Below, one piece after another: positions 10,446 through 20,018 of a stretch of DNA of 64,000 nt; within the stretch, counting starts at the first letter, position 1; each line of letters begins with the position of its first letter. This stretch comes from Candidatus Bathyarchaeota archaeon (GTDB lineage Archaea > Thermoproteota > Bathyarchaeia > 40CM-2-53-6), in the NCBI GenBank assembly GCA_963833125.1, contig CAWHWX010000004.1:64001-128000 (forward strand), read 5' to 3'. The notes below the pieces were generated by a model that saw only the letters and a list, made by a program, of their open reading frames with translations, made no database searches and had not been told where the DNA came from. The position numbers and the translations under genes are program-made.

Positions 10446-11417
10446 GTGCATAGTGAGGTAAGTCCCAATAAATTTCCAAATGTCAACAAGGCTGTATTAG
10501 CCAGTTATGGACTCGTTGTCGCTCTGAGTCTGATATGGGGGCTCGCTTTTGTTGCCATCCGAAGGGCCGAATTCGAATTAAGCCCTCAAAATCTAACAGT
10601 GCTCAGGTGGCTCTTGGCGTCGGCTGGGTTCTTGGTGTTGGCTCCCATTTATGGGAGACCAAAGAAACCTCTTCAGAGGAAGCATGTCCCACGCTTGCTC
10701 CTCGTTTCTTTCGCGAGCGTCGTCGGTTATCATCTTTCACTAAACTACGCTGAAACGATCGTGTCCTCCGGCCTTGCCGGCCTCCTGATCTCCTTCGGTC
10801 CCATATTCATCGTCCTACTATCCTCCATCTTCCTGAAGGAAAAGATCGGAAAGAACTTGATATTGGCATTGGGGTTAGCGCTCGTTGGCGCAGCCATACT
10901 AACCATAAACACCGATCTCACATTCCAAACGATTACGGGGCCGTTTGCCGTCATACTAGCAGCATTCATGTACAGCGTTTACTCCGTTGGGTCAAAACCA
11001 TTGGTTCACGAATATGGACCCATTGCGGTCGCGATTTGGGCCGCGTTGATCGGTACCGTTTTCACTTTTCCATTAATCTCCTGGAATTTCTTTGTACAGA
11101 TCTCCACCCTATCTCTCGCTGGATGGTTTTCGGTCGCGTACCTAGCAATTATCAGCACGGTTATCGCAAACATGATACTCTACACTCTGATCGGTAGCCG
11201 CACAGTCTCTAGGCTTTCTGTGCAACTCTACTTGATTCCACTCGTAAGCTTGGTTGGAGGAATACTGTTGCTCGATGAGGCTTGGTCGATATTCACCATT
11301 ATTGGCGGATGCTTCTTGCTCGCTGGAACCGCCTCGCCACACACAAACATTAGCCTGCAAGTAATTGGAAGACGAATGACAATTATACTTCCCAGTTCCT
11401 GCTTACAGGCGGGTTGA
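10446..11417 (+). CDS. DMT/EamA family transporter
   Basis: IWGLAFVAIR, FLKEKI, two EamA repeats; 3' end may be extended by an indel. Confidence 0.88.
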   Translation: MHSEVSPNKFPNVNKAVLASYGLVVALSLIWGLAFVAIRRAEFELSPQNLTVLRWLLASAGFLVLAPIYGRPKKPLQRKHVPRLLLVSFASVVGYHLSLNYAETIVSSGLAGLLISFGPIFIVLLSSIFLKEKIGKNLILALGLALVGAAILTINTDLTFQTITGPFAVILAAFMYSVYSVGSKPLVHEYGPIAVAIWAALIGTVFTFPLISWNFFVQISTLSLAGWFSVAYLAIISTVIANMILYTLIGSRTVSRLSVQLYLIPLVSLVGGILLLDEAWSIFTIIGGCFLLAGTASPHTNISLQVIGRRMTIILPSSCLQAG

Positions 11418-11420
11418 GTT

Positions 11421-11825
11421 TTGAATCTGGAAGATCGGATTTTGATTCTAGTACCCACACTGTTCTTTTTCATTACGGTCGCTTGGGGTTATCTGTTCCA
11501 GAATGTCATTTATGATGAGATTCAAGAGGCTGACCGTGCGCACTTCCAGAAAATGAAGACGCTCCTAGGTCCGCATTTTCATCAAGTCACGTATTCAGAC
11601 GCAATCTTCCTCTTCATGGTCAACGGCATAGTTTGGATCCTTCAATTGTATCGGTCGGGACTCGGTGTCATAGTAATGGTTACGGGCGTTATCCTATCCG
11701 TAACCGGGCTTTTGGTTAGTTTCATGTGGCGATACGAGCGCGGGAGCAATATCTCAAACTGGATTATGTTAGCTACGTTGATTGTGGCCGCGCTAGAATT
11801 CATCATGTTCATCTTCATCCCGTAA
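11421..11825 (+). CDS. hypothetical membrane protein
   Basis: 134 aa, about 4 TM segments. Confidence 0.6.
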   Translation: MNLEDRILILVPTLFFFITVAWGYLFQNVIYDEIQEADRAHFQKMKTLLGPHFHQVTYSDAIFLFMVNGIVWILQLYRSGLGVIVMVTGVILSVTGLLVSFMWRYERGSNISNWIMLATLIVAALEFIMFIFIP

Positions 11826-12022
11826 ACACTAATGGTTGGAAACTGAAAGCAGGATCACTCGACACGGAAAAACCGCCTTCACACCTAGGAAGATCCAAAT
11901 ATCGATTTTCTGAAGCCCATTTTCAAATGTTAAACCTCGGAGGCTTACTAGAGAAGAAACTGGTAAAGTAACTCAGTTTAGTCGGAAAAACTTCTTTAGC
12001 GCTACCAGTCGAAAACTGGGCC

Positions 12023-12715
12023 ATGTCCAACGTGCAACGTTCAGCATTTTCGGATTTCGTTAGGTTGATGCATCTCCCGCTCCCACTCTGCGTCCTGGCG
12101 TTTGCTACGATTGGCGCTGCTCTCTCTGAAAGAGTCTACTTGGATCGGTTGCTCCTAACTTACCTCGGAATCCTACTAGCCCTCTGCCTGGGAGCGTACA
12201 GCCTGGATGAACTCCACGGAAGGCCGTTGCATACACAATTCGGGGACACAACGCTTCGCTGCTTGGCTATTATTGGAATATCAGGCGGGGCCATAGTGGC
12301 CATTTACCTAACCTGGACGATTAATCTTGGAATTGGATTTCTCGCAGCGGCCGCGGCCTTCTTCGTCTTAGCGTACAATCTAGAACTCTTCGGTGGGCGA
12401 TTTCACAATGTGGGCTGGTTCGGCGTGAGCTGGGGTGGCTTGACAACATTCTCCGGCTACTACATCCAGTCCCCGACTATCACATTCCAACCTCTATTAG
12501 CGTCGTTGACGGCGGCGCTTCTAGGCATCAGCATTGTTCTTCTAACGCATAGATTTCGACCACAACAATTGTCCAAGAAACTTGGCACTATCCCAAACTC
12601 GGATATCATCGAATTCTCACGTTATGCACGAAAGTCCGTATGGACAGTCGTGCAATTGGAGTGTTATGCGATAATCGCGTTAGCTATTGGGTTGATTATT
12701 CCAAAACTAATCTGA
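12023..12715 (+). CDS. membrane protein, distant UbiA prenyltransferase-like
   Basis: Multi-TM; AYSLDELHGRP and LAYNLELFGGRFH lie at positions resembling UbiA acidic/Tyr motifs. Confidence 0.5.
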   Translation: MSNVQRSAFSDFVRLMHLPLPLCVLAFATIGAALSERVYLDRLLLTYLGILLALCLGAYSLDELHGRPLHTQFGDTTLRCLAIIGISGGAIVAIYLTWTINLGIGFLAAAAAFFVLAYNLELFGGRFHNVGWFGVSWGGLTTFSGYYIQSPTITFQPLLASLTAALLGISIVLLTHRFRPQQLSKKLGTIPNSDIIEFSRYARKSVWTVVQLECYAIIALAIGLIIPKLI

Positions 12716-12721
12716 TGCGAG

Positions 12722-13453
12722 TTACTTTCGTGCCCCCACTAACGCCACGATCCCCAAACTCATTTTCTCCACCAATGTACTCCGAAAGCCTGCTTCCTCG
12801 AGAAGTTTGCATATCTCAGGCACCCGAGTCGAGACTAGGATCGTGTTTGCGAGGTAGATCAGCGTTCGGTTCCAGTAGATAGACACGATGCGGCCGAACG
12901 TTGGGAGGACGTGGAATATGTGAAAACGGTAAACCATCCACACGAAATTGTTGTCTGGGTGAACAAAATCAACCGAGAAGAACCATCCCAATCGCGTCAG
13001 GACCCGCAGGCTCTCTTTGAACACGGCTAGCTTGTTTGCAAAGTTACGCAACGCCAAGCCTATAGTAATGTAATTGAAGAAACCTTCACGGAACGGCAGT
13101 GATTCCCCCACTGCCCTAACGAACTCTATCGAACAGTTGCTCTGAGGCGTTGTGTTCTTTCGTCTGGCCACGCGAAGCATTGCGGGGCTTAGATCTAAGC
13201 CCACAATCAGGCTTCCTGTTCTTGCACGACGTCCAAGTTCGAATGTAACCAATCCCGTTCCACACGCGAGATCCAATACCATGATCTCGTTGCGAAAATC
13301 TATCTTAGATAACATCCTACCTCGCCAAACAGAGTCGAACGTGAAGGTCATTAAGTGAAGAAGCCGGTCATATTCAGTTTCGACATCGGTGAAGATGGTC
13401 TGAACGAACTTCACTTTTTCGACGAACTTGGTTGGGATTTCCATTAGGGACAT
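12722..13453 (-). CDS. UbiE/MenG family SAM-dependent methyltransferase
   Basis: YDRLLHLMTFTFDSVWR, VLDLACGTG and IGLALRNF. Confidence 0.85.
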   Translation of the reverse strand: MSLMEIPTKFVEKVKFVQTIFTDVETEYDRLLHLMTFTFDSVWRGRMLSKIDFRNEIMVLDLACGTGLVTFELGRRARTGSLIVGLDLSPAMLRVARRKNTTPQSNCSIEFVRAVGESLPFREGFFNYITIGLALRNFANKLAVFKESLRVLTRLGWFFSVDFVHPDNNFVWMVYRFHIFHVLPTFGRIVSIYWNRTLIYLANTILVSTRVPEICKLLEEAGFRSTLVEKMSLGIVALVGARK

Positions 13454-13523
13454 GACCTGAAAGTTGACTCCAGGCGAGGGAACGGTTAAGTTGGGCAATT
13501 AGTCAGCTAACATCTGTTTAACC

Positions 13524-14534
13524 ATGTATCAGATTGAGGAAGCTAAGGTCATCGAGGAGATAAGAAGGCGCGGCTCAAAACGCGTCCTCCTCCAAATGCC
13601 CGAGGGCCTAAAACCGATTGGGTTCAAGCTCGCGAGGCTTCTTGAGAAGAAAGGGGAAGTTGAGGTCTTTGTCTCGGGCGACCCATGCTATGGGGCTTGC
13701 GACCTCGCATTAACCCCGAAGGCACACATTGACGCCGATCTGCTTGTGCATATCGGCCACGCGGAGATACCGGGTGAGTTTCCTGAAGAGAGCGTCCTGT
13801 ACGTGGAGGCGCACGCCGACGAGCCTGTAGATGAACCGATGAAACAGGCCGTAAACATGTTAGGAAACGAGCATCGGATCGGCCTTGCATCAAACATTCA
13901 ACACATCCATCAACTTGGCAAGGCGAAGGAAATTCTGGAGAGTGGTGGAAAGGAAGTGGTAATTGGGAGAGCGTCAGGCTGGCTGCGATATCCCGGTCAG
14001 GTGCTGGGTTGTGATTATGGGAGCGTTCGGGCGATCGCGGAGAAGGTGGATGCTATCGTCGTGTTGAGCGGAGGAGACTTTCACGCCCTCGGGATACCGT
14101 TAGCAACGGGCAAACGGACAATCGTAGTCGATCCCTTTCAGCAAACGGCCAAGGACATGACCGAAGACTGCCGCAGGCTGCTCAGGAAGAGGTGGATCAA
14201 CATCGAGAGGTTCAAGGAGACGAAGAGAGTAGGTATCATTGTAGGAATGAAGAGCAGTCAAATGAATATCGCCCTAGCACGGCGTCTGAAGGAACTGCTG
14301 GAGGCGAACGGGCAGTCGACGATTCTCATATGCGCGGCAGAGGTGATTCCTGAAACCCTCGAGTCATTCACAGACCTTGAAGCATACGTGGAGATCTCGT
14401 GTCCACGAATCAGCACCGATGACCAAGAAAGGTATCGCAAACCAATGCTGAACCCTGAAGAGGTCATGATAGCGCTCGGCAAGAAAAGTTGGGAAGAGTA
14501 CACGAAGGGTATGACGTTGGAAGAATGGCACTAA
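13524..14534 (+). CDS. dph2: diphthamide biosynthesis enzyme Dph2
   Basis: LQMPEGLK, CYGACD, GQVLGCD and SCPRIS (Fe-S cysteines). Confidence 0.95.
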   Translation: MYQIEEAKVIEEIRRRGSKRVLLQMPEGLKPIGFKLARLLEKKGEVEVFVSGDPCYGACDLALTPKAHIDADLLVHIGHAEIPGEFPEESVLYVEAHADEPVDEPMKQAVNMLGNEHRIGLASNIQHIHQLGKAKEILESGGKEVVIGRASGWLRYPGQVLGCDYGSVRAIAEKVDAIVVLSGGDFHALGIPLATGKRTIVVDPFQQTAKDMTEDCRRLLRKRWINIERFKETKRVGIIVGMKSSQMNIALARRLKELLEANGQSTILICAAEVIPETLESFTDLEAYVEISCPRISTDDQERYRKPMLNPEEVMIALGKKSWEEYTKGMTLEEWH

Positions 14535-15169
14535 GGCAAGTTGCCTTGCCCACCAGACCGATCAAGATTCGCAAAAAGGATCTGGCGATTGCATTACAGG
14601 GAGTGAACCCTCACCCGAAACCCGAAGTTGCCCTCGAACAATACACAATCCCAGCCGATCTGGCCGCCGAAATTCTCTTCACGGCTTGCTACACTTACGA
14701 TAACATCCAAGAGAAAAATGTCCTCGATCTTGGAACCGGAACGGGTAGACTAGCGTTGGGCGCCTCGGTTCTCGGTGCAAGGGTCGTTGTTGGTGTTGAC
14801 TTAGACGCTTCAAGTATTCGTGTCGCATCACAAAGCGCGAACGTTCTTGGTGTAGAGGCGGGTTGGGTTGTCGGAGACATCGGGATCATTCGAGGTTCCT
14901 TTGACACGGTTCTCATGAACCCTCCTTTCGGCACCAAGCAACCTCACATGGACATTCAGTTCCTAGAATGCGCCCAGAATCTAGCGCCCGTCATCTACAG
15001 TATTCATAAGTCCACAACACGCAACTTTCTTGGACAATGGTTCCAAAACCACGCACTCAAAGAGGAACGAATCATGAGCACAAAGATGGAGATACCGCAT
15101 CAATTTTCCTTTCACAGAAAACCGAAACGGTTCGTTGAGGTAGATGTGTTCCGAATCCTCCGAACTTAA
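14525..15169 (+). CDS. METTL5 family RNA adenine methyltransferase
   Basis: LEQYTIP, DLGTGTG, MNPPFG and YSIHK. Confidence 0.92.
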   Translation: MALRQVALPTRPIKIRKKDLAIALQGVNPHPKPEVALEQYTIPADLAAEILFTACYTYDNIQEKNVLDLGTGTGRLALGASVLGARVVVGVDLDASSIRVASQSANVLGVEAGWVVGDIGIIRGSFDTVLMNPPFGTKQPHMDIQFLECAQNLAPVIYSIHKSTTRNFLGQWFQNHALKEERIMSTKMEIPHQFSFHRKPKRFVEVDVFRILRT

Positions 15170-15291
15170 CGGGAATTTGAACCGGTGCTTATATAGTAGG
15201 TTGCAGCTATCACTCGCGAATCTCCGCAATCATCGATCTTCAATCGGTATGCGATCATCAGAGGCGTGATTGCGTGGTAAGGTAATGAGGT

Positions 15292-15888
15292 TTGAGTAAG
15301 ACACCAAATGAAATGATTCAACCGGTACTACCGGGCGATAAGATAGGCGTCATAGAACAATTCTTGCCCGGTGCCGGGACATATGAAACTGAGGGCACAA
15401 TATTCGCAAACTACACGGGTAATGCACGGATCGACCTAAAGAACAAGAGAGTAACGGTTGTGCCTGCGACACGAACAGTACTACTTCCGAAGGAAGGAAC
15501 GACAGTCATTGCTTCCGTAATTCATACCCAAGAGAAGATGGCTACCGTAAGCATCTGGAAAATTGATGACAAGGCCATCCAGACCCCCTTCACAGCAATA
15601 CTTCACATTTCATCCTCCAGCCCACGTTATGAACAAAGCATGTCGGATGTTTGTAAGGCTGGAGACATCATTCGCGCTCGAGTAATCGACATGACTAACC
15701 GCATCCCACAACTAACAACAGCGGGACGAGGGTTAGGAGTAATCAAGGCGTTCTGTTCAAATTGCGGAAGCGTACTGGAGTTCACGAACCGGAAATTGCA
15801 ATGTCCCTCGTGTGGAAACATTGAAAGGAGAAGACTCGCGGAAGATCTAATGAAACCAGAGGTAGAGGTGGAGAGAAGTGGAAGTTAA
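15292..15888 (+). CDS. csl4: exosome RNA-binding protein Csl4
   Basis: VLPGDKIG...S1 domain...LGVIKAFCSNCG...CPSCG. Confidence 0.93.
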   Translation: MSKTPNEMIQPVLPGDKIGVIEQFLPGAGTYETEGTIFANYTGNARIDLKNKRVTVVPATRTVLLPKEGTTVIASVIHTQEKMATVSIWKIDDKAIQTPFTAILHISSSSPRYEQSMSDVCKAGDIIRARVIDMTNRIPQLTTAGRGLGVIKAFCSNCGSVLEFTNRKLQCPSCGNIERRRLAEDLMKPEVEVERSGS

Positions 15889-16162
15889 GGTTCTATCAAA
15901 GTCGAAAAACGAGCTTAGGCTCGAAATAGTCGGCGAGGACCACACGTTCTGCAATCTACTACAGAACGTTCTGCTCGGAGACAAAAACGTTGAACTGGCT
16001 GGCTACGATCAACCACATCCCCTCATTCGTTCGAGCATCATTTACGTTAGAACGAAACGCGAAGTGTCACCTGAGAAAACATTGTTAAACGCACTCGCAA
16101 ACGTACAGGAACTCAACAAGGAATTCAATGAGAAATTCGCCAAGGCCGTCGAGCCTAGCTGA
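15878..16162 (+). CDS. rpoL: DNA-directed RNA polymerase subunit L (Rpo11)
   Basis: GEDHTFCNLL and AGYDQPHPL. Confidence 0.95.
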   Translation: MEVKVLSKSKNELRLEIVGEDHTFCNLLQNVLLGDKNVELAGYDQPHPLIRSSIIYVRTKREVSPEKTLLNALANVQELNKEFNEKFAKAVEPS

Positions 16163-16530
16163 TGAGTACTGCAGAACCAATTCAACACGTCATGCGCGAT
16201 CGACAGCTGGCAAGCTTGGGAGACGCTTTCATTAACTTCGTATACTCCCTAGCCCTAACCCAGGCTAACGGCTACCCCAAAGGCGTGAAAGTCAGCGACA
16301 AGATCCTATCCGAAGCCTTCAAGCAAGCCGGCCTAAGACAATACCTAGGGACACGATTATCAAAGAAGGACCTCGCAAACGCTTCCGAATCGCTACTGAT
16401 GGAAGCTTACCGCAATCAACTCCTAACGATCGAAGAAAGCGTTCGGGTCCTAAGCCAAAACCCGGATGGGCCTCAAGCAGGATTAACCGACCTCCTGAAA
16501 CTAGCTGCGGAACGTCTTCCGCGGGCGTAG
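16162..16530 (+). CDS. archaeal ribonuclease III-family (mini-III-like) protein
   Basis: LASLGDAFINFVYSLA and LANASESL; conserved position after rpoL. Confidence 0.85.
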   Translation: MSTAEPIQHVMRDRQLASLGDAFINFVYSLALTQANGYPKGVKVSDKILSEAFKQAGLRQYLGTRLSKKDLANASESLLMEAYRNQLLTIEESVRVLSQNPDGPQAGLTDLLKLAAERLPRA

Positions 16531-16540
16531 CGGTTAGAGG

Positions 16541-17057
16541 TTGATTAAGAAAGAAGCTAGAATACTGGGCTTAAGCGCAGCCCGCAAAGGTCGCACAATC
16601 CTAGTCGTCGGTGTAGTCTTCAGGGGCTGCTTATGGCTAGACGGGGTAATCAGCTGTACCCTAGAAATGGACTCAGAAAAACCAGAACTCAACGTTATCT
16701 GGAGTTATCAAGGGTTCGAAACAATATTCACAGCTTCATGCAATAATCTTGAAAAAACCATTCGTTGCTGGCTGGAAAGTAAACCTAGCCGATTTAGCTC
16801 GCCGCGTGAAGCTTCCAGTAATCGCGACCACCAAACGACGCATGACGAGGGCGCGGGGGATCCAAGGCTATGATATCATCGTCAATAGACACCATGTTTC
16901 AGTTTGGGCGGTCGGGATCCATAGAGAGGATGCGGAACAATTGCTCAACGTAGCTTGTACTCCCACCAGCACCATACCGGAGGCGGTTAGGATTGCAGAT
17001 TTACTGGTTGAAGAAGCTTCGACGCGTAGGTTTTCTCGCCCAACGGCGAAAGGTTAA
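16541..17057 (+). CDS. DUF99 family (endonuclease V-like) protein (indel near 16680)
   Basis: IKKEARILG...VVGVVFRG..LDGV then ...LPVIA...IPEAVRIAD. Confidence 0.75.
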
Positions 17058-17107
17058 GATTACCAAAAACCATTCCGGCGCCCAAGACTCTTAAGCTCGT
17101 AGGGATT

Positions 17108-17494
17108 ATGGATATCTCCGGAGACTTTGAGGCTTTGTCAACACTCATATCTCCTGAAGAAGTTTTTCAGCTTCACCCAAAGATTAGGTGGGCGTCATTC
17201 TCGACCGAGTCCGGCAGAATCGCGTTCTCTCAAATGCGGCCGGGTCTTACAAGCTATACTCCCGAAAAGGACGATAGGGCGTTCATGGAGTTCGGGCCTC
17301 AGTTGATGACAGGTATCGCTGAACGACTCTCTCCAACCGGCGGCGCTGGAAAGGTTCAAAGCCTCATCGTAAACCTCGAGAAAGACTCCGTACTCCTAGC
17401 ACCGCTCAGAGGTGGGTATCTAGCTCTCTCAGCAGATAGAGCCGACGCGGCTGCCGTGTTCAAAGAAGTCGAACCTATGATTCGGCGACTATGA
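17108..17494 (+). CDS. roadblock/profilin-like small protein of unknown function
   Basis: PKIRWASF...GRI..SQMRPGL...GKVQSLIVNLEK...YLALSAD pattern seen in TACK roadblock-like proteins. Confidence 0.55.
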   Translation: MDISGDFEALSTLISPEEVFQLHPKIRWASFSTESGRIAFSQMRPGLTSYTPEKDDRAFMEFGPQLMTGIAERLSPTGGAGKVQSLIVNLEKDSVLLAPLRGGYLALSADRADAAAVFKEVEPMIRRL

Positions 17495-17705
17495 ATAACC
17501 CTCGCTGAACATTCCCTCTCCACATTACTCATTTTCATGATGCTCATGCGGTTTTCAGTAGTCTATATCGTGTGGAATCGAAAGAAGACGGCGCGGTAGC
17601 CCGTTGGGTGAAGTCAAACACGCGCTTTGTTGAGTCAAGACGAGCCGAAATCAAGCAACGCTTAAATGGAACTCGTATTGATTGGCTCGCTGGTCGTTAT
17701 CAAAA

Positions 17706-18028
17706 GTGCAGTTTTGCCCGAAGTGCGGCCTCCGCTTCTGCCCACCAAGAAACAGAAGACGGTTGTGCTTAGCTGTCCAAAATGCGGCTACGAAACCCAC
17801 CGTTCAGACCGCACCGTGCAGAAACTTGAGCAACAGAAGGAGAACGTAGTCGTGATCGGCAAGGAGGAACAGAAGATTCGAACCTTGCCTAAGACAAAGG
17901 TTGATTGTCCGAAGTGCGGGCATAAGGAAGCATTCTACTGGTTGGTTCAAACCCGTGGCGCTGACGAATCGTCAACGCAGTTTTTCCGGTGCACGAGCTG
18001 CGGAACAACCTGGCGAGAAAATTCCTAG
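17706..18028 (+). CDS. tfs: transcription factor S (indel near 17733)
   Basis: GTG start gives MQFCPKCG; C-terminal CPKCGH...QTRGADESSTQFFRCTSCG. Confidence 0.92.
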
Positions 18029-18113
18029 GACCTCCAGTTCCGGCTGCCACCGCTCAATTAAAATGCGTAGGCTTGGCTCACTAGGGCACATTCGAATACT
18101 CGGTGGTTAATGA

Positions 18114-18866
18114 TTGTTCAAGGCAACGATTAGTGATGCTAGACTTTGGAGGAATATGCTTGCCGCCATATCAACGCTGATCGAGGAGGCGGACGTTAAC
18201 GCTTCGCCCGAAGGCATCAAACTCCGCTCGATGGATCCATCCCATGTGGCCATGGTTGACTTTGAATGGAACAAATCCGCGTTCGAAGAGTACACTTGCC
18301 TTCAGCCCACAAAAATACGGCTTAACGTAACCGACATTGTCAAGAAACTTAGGGGCGCAGGACAAGAACCACTCGAAATGTCATACGACGAAACAACCCG
18401 CAAACTGAACATGGTCATCAAGGGTAAGTGGAAGACAACATTCACACTCCCAACCCTCGATCCAGGCGATGAGGAAGTCCCGACACCTAAGATTGCTTTC
18501 AACACGAAAATCAAGATGATTAGCTCAAGTTTCAAAGACATAATCGACCAGATTCAAACCGTCAGCGACAACGTTAGATTCGAGACAACTTCGGACAAAT
18601 TTATCGCCGAAGCGGTTACGGAACTGAGTGGAGCGAAGATCGAATTGGAGAAGGGTAGCGATGTTCTGTTGGAACTTGAGGCAAAGGAACCTTGCAAGGC
18701 AACATACAACCTCAACTACCTCGCGGAAATATCGAAAGCCGGATCATCGGCCGCGGAACTCGTGACGCTTGAGTTCTCAACGAATATGCCGGTAAAACTG
18801 GAGTATGAAATGCCACAGCAAGGCAAGCTGCTCTACTTCCTCGCACCAAGAATTGAAGCGGAGTAG
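18114..18866 (+). CDS. pcn: proliferating cell nuclear antigen
   Basis: SMDPSHVAMVD and LLYFLAPRIE. Confidence 0.97.
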   Translation: MFKATISDARLWRNMLAAISTLIEEADVNASPEGIKLRSMDPSHVAMVDFEWNKSAFEEYTCLQPTKIRLNVTDIVKKLRGAGQEPLEMSYDETTRKLNMVIKGKWKTTFTLPTLDPGDEEVPTPKIAFNTKIKMISSSFKDIIDQIQTVSDNVRFETTSDKFIAEAVTELSGAKIELEKGSDVLLELEAKEPCKATYNLNYLAEISKAGSSAAELVTLEFSTNMPVKLEYEMPQQGKLLYFLAPRIEAE

Positions 18867-18941
18867 ACGCCTTAACCCCCAAATGTACGAACTCTTGCAG
18901 TTGTATTTCATTGCGTAGAGGCGGTTAGCACGCAGACGCTT

Positions 18942-20015
18942 CTGACGAAGCTCGATCTTGCAAAGTTCCCATTCACGTCAGAGGCGTCGAGCTACATAAG
19001 GTCTCGAAGCATCGACCCTATAGAGTTGACTCGACCGGAACTGGTCCCAATCCTTGAGCGTGCGATGGAACGAATTAGACAGGGTGTGTTCACTGGGAAA
19101 ATATCGGCTGACTTGACACAGGAAGATGTCGACATCCTCGCGTACCCAACCGCGTTGATGTTGATTAGTTCGGTTGGGGACGATAGGACTCGACGGCGGT
19201 ATGCACTTGCCGAGGCTAAGCGAGCGTACGAGCTGCTCCGGTATGAAAATCCTGAAAAATTGCTTCAGATCGCCACTGGTTCCTTCAGTTGGGATGCGAA
19301 GCTGATTGAAAGGGATGTAGGAGAGACACATTTCGAGTTTGCGCTGCACTTTAGTTTCTACGTGCGGAATTCTGCTAGAATTCACGATTTGAGGTGGAAA
19401 CTAGTCAACCGAGTGCTGACGGGAGGGTACGTTCTCCTTCCCCGCGAGGACTTCGCCAGGCTTCTCGAAGAGGAGGTTCAGGGACGGGTTCTTGAGAAAA
19501 CAGCCGACAAAACCGTGGCACTGCCTGACGAGCTTGCGCGACGAGTCGAACCGCTCAGTTCCATGCTGAAGGCTAGGTCTCAATATCTGGCTACGGATGA
19601 AATGCCGCATGCGGTTATGGCTTCAGCGATGCCTCCTTGTATGAAGAACCTGCTCAGCCTTCTTCAGACTAGCAAGCACATATCGCACATGGGGCGTTTC
19701 GCTATGGCCGCCTTCCTACTCAACATAGGAACCAATGAGGACGATCTCCTCAAAATGTTCAAAGCGTTCAGCGATTTCGATGAACGCATCGCACGTTATC
19801 AGGTGGAACACATAGCAGGTAAACGTGGCTCCAGAAGACAGTACACGGCGCCTAACTGCGCCACAATGCGGACACACGGCCTATGCGTCAACCCAGACGA
19901 ATTGTGCGCGAGCATAACCCATCCTCTATCCTACTACCGAAGGAAGTCAAGATTCCTCATGCGTCGGGAACGAAACAAACCCAATCGCGAACAACCTCGA
20001 AGAACCAGGGATTAA
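18942..20015 (+). CDS. priL: DNA primase large subunit
   Basis: DLAKFPF N-terminus upstream of the tracked start; PPCM, H..RF, YQVEHIAG and YTAPNC..C..C Fe-S domain. Confidence 0.93.
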   Translation: MTKLDLAKFPFTSEASSYIRSRSIDPIELTRPELVPILERAMERIRQGVFTGKISADLTQEDVDILAYPTALMLISSVGDDRTRRRYALAEAKRAYELLRYENPEKLLQIATGSFSWDAKLIERDVGETHFEFALHFSFYVRNSARIHDLRWKLVNRVLTGGYVLLPREDFARLLEEEVQGRVLEKTADKTVALPDELARRVEPLSSMLKARSQYLATDEMPHAVMASAMPPCMKNLLSLLQTSKHISHMGRFAMAAFLLNIGTNEDDLLKMFKAFSDFDERIARYQVEHIAGKRGSRRQYTAPNCATMRTHGLCVNPDELCASITHPLSYYRRKSRFLMRRERNKPNREQPRRTRD

Positions 20016-20018
20016 TCA

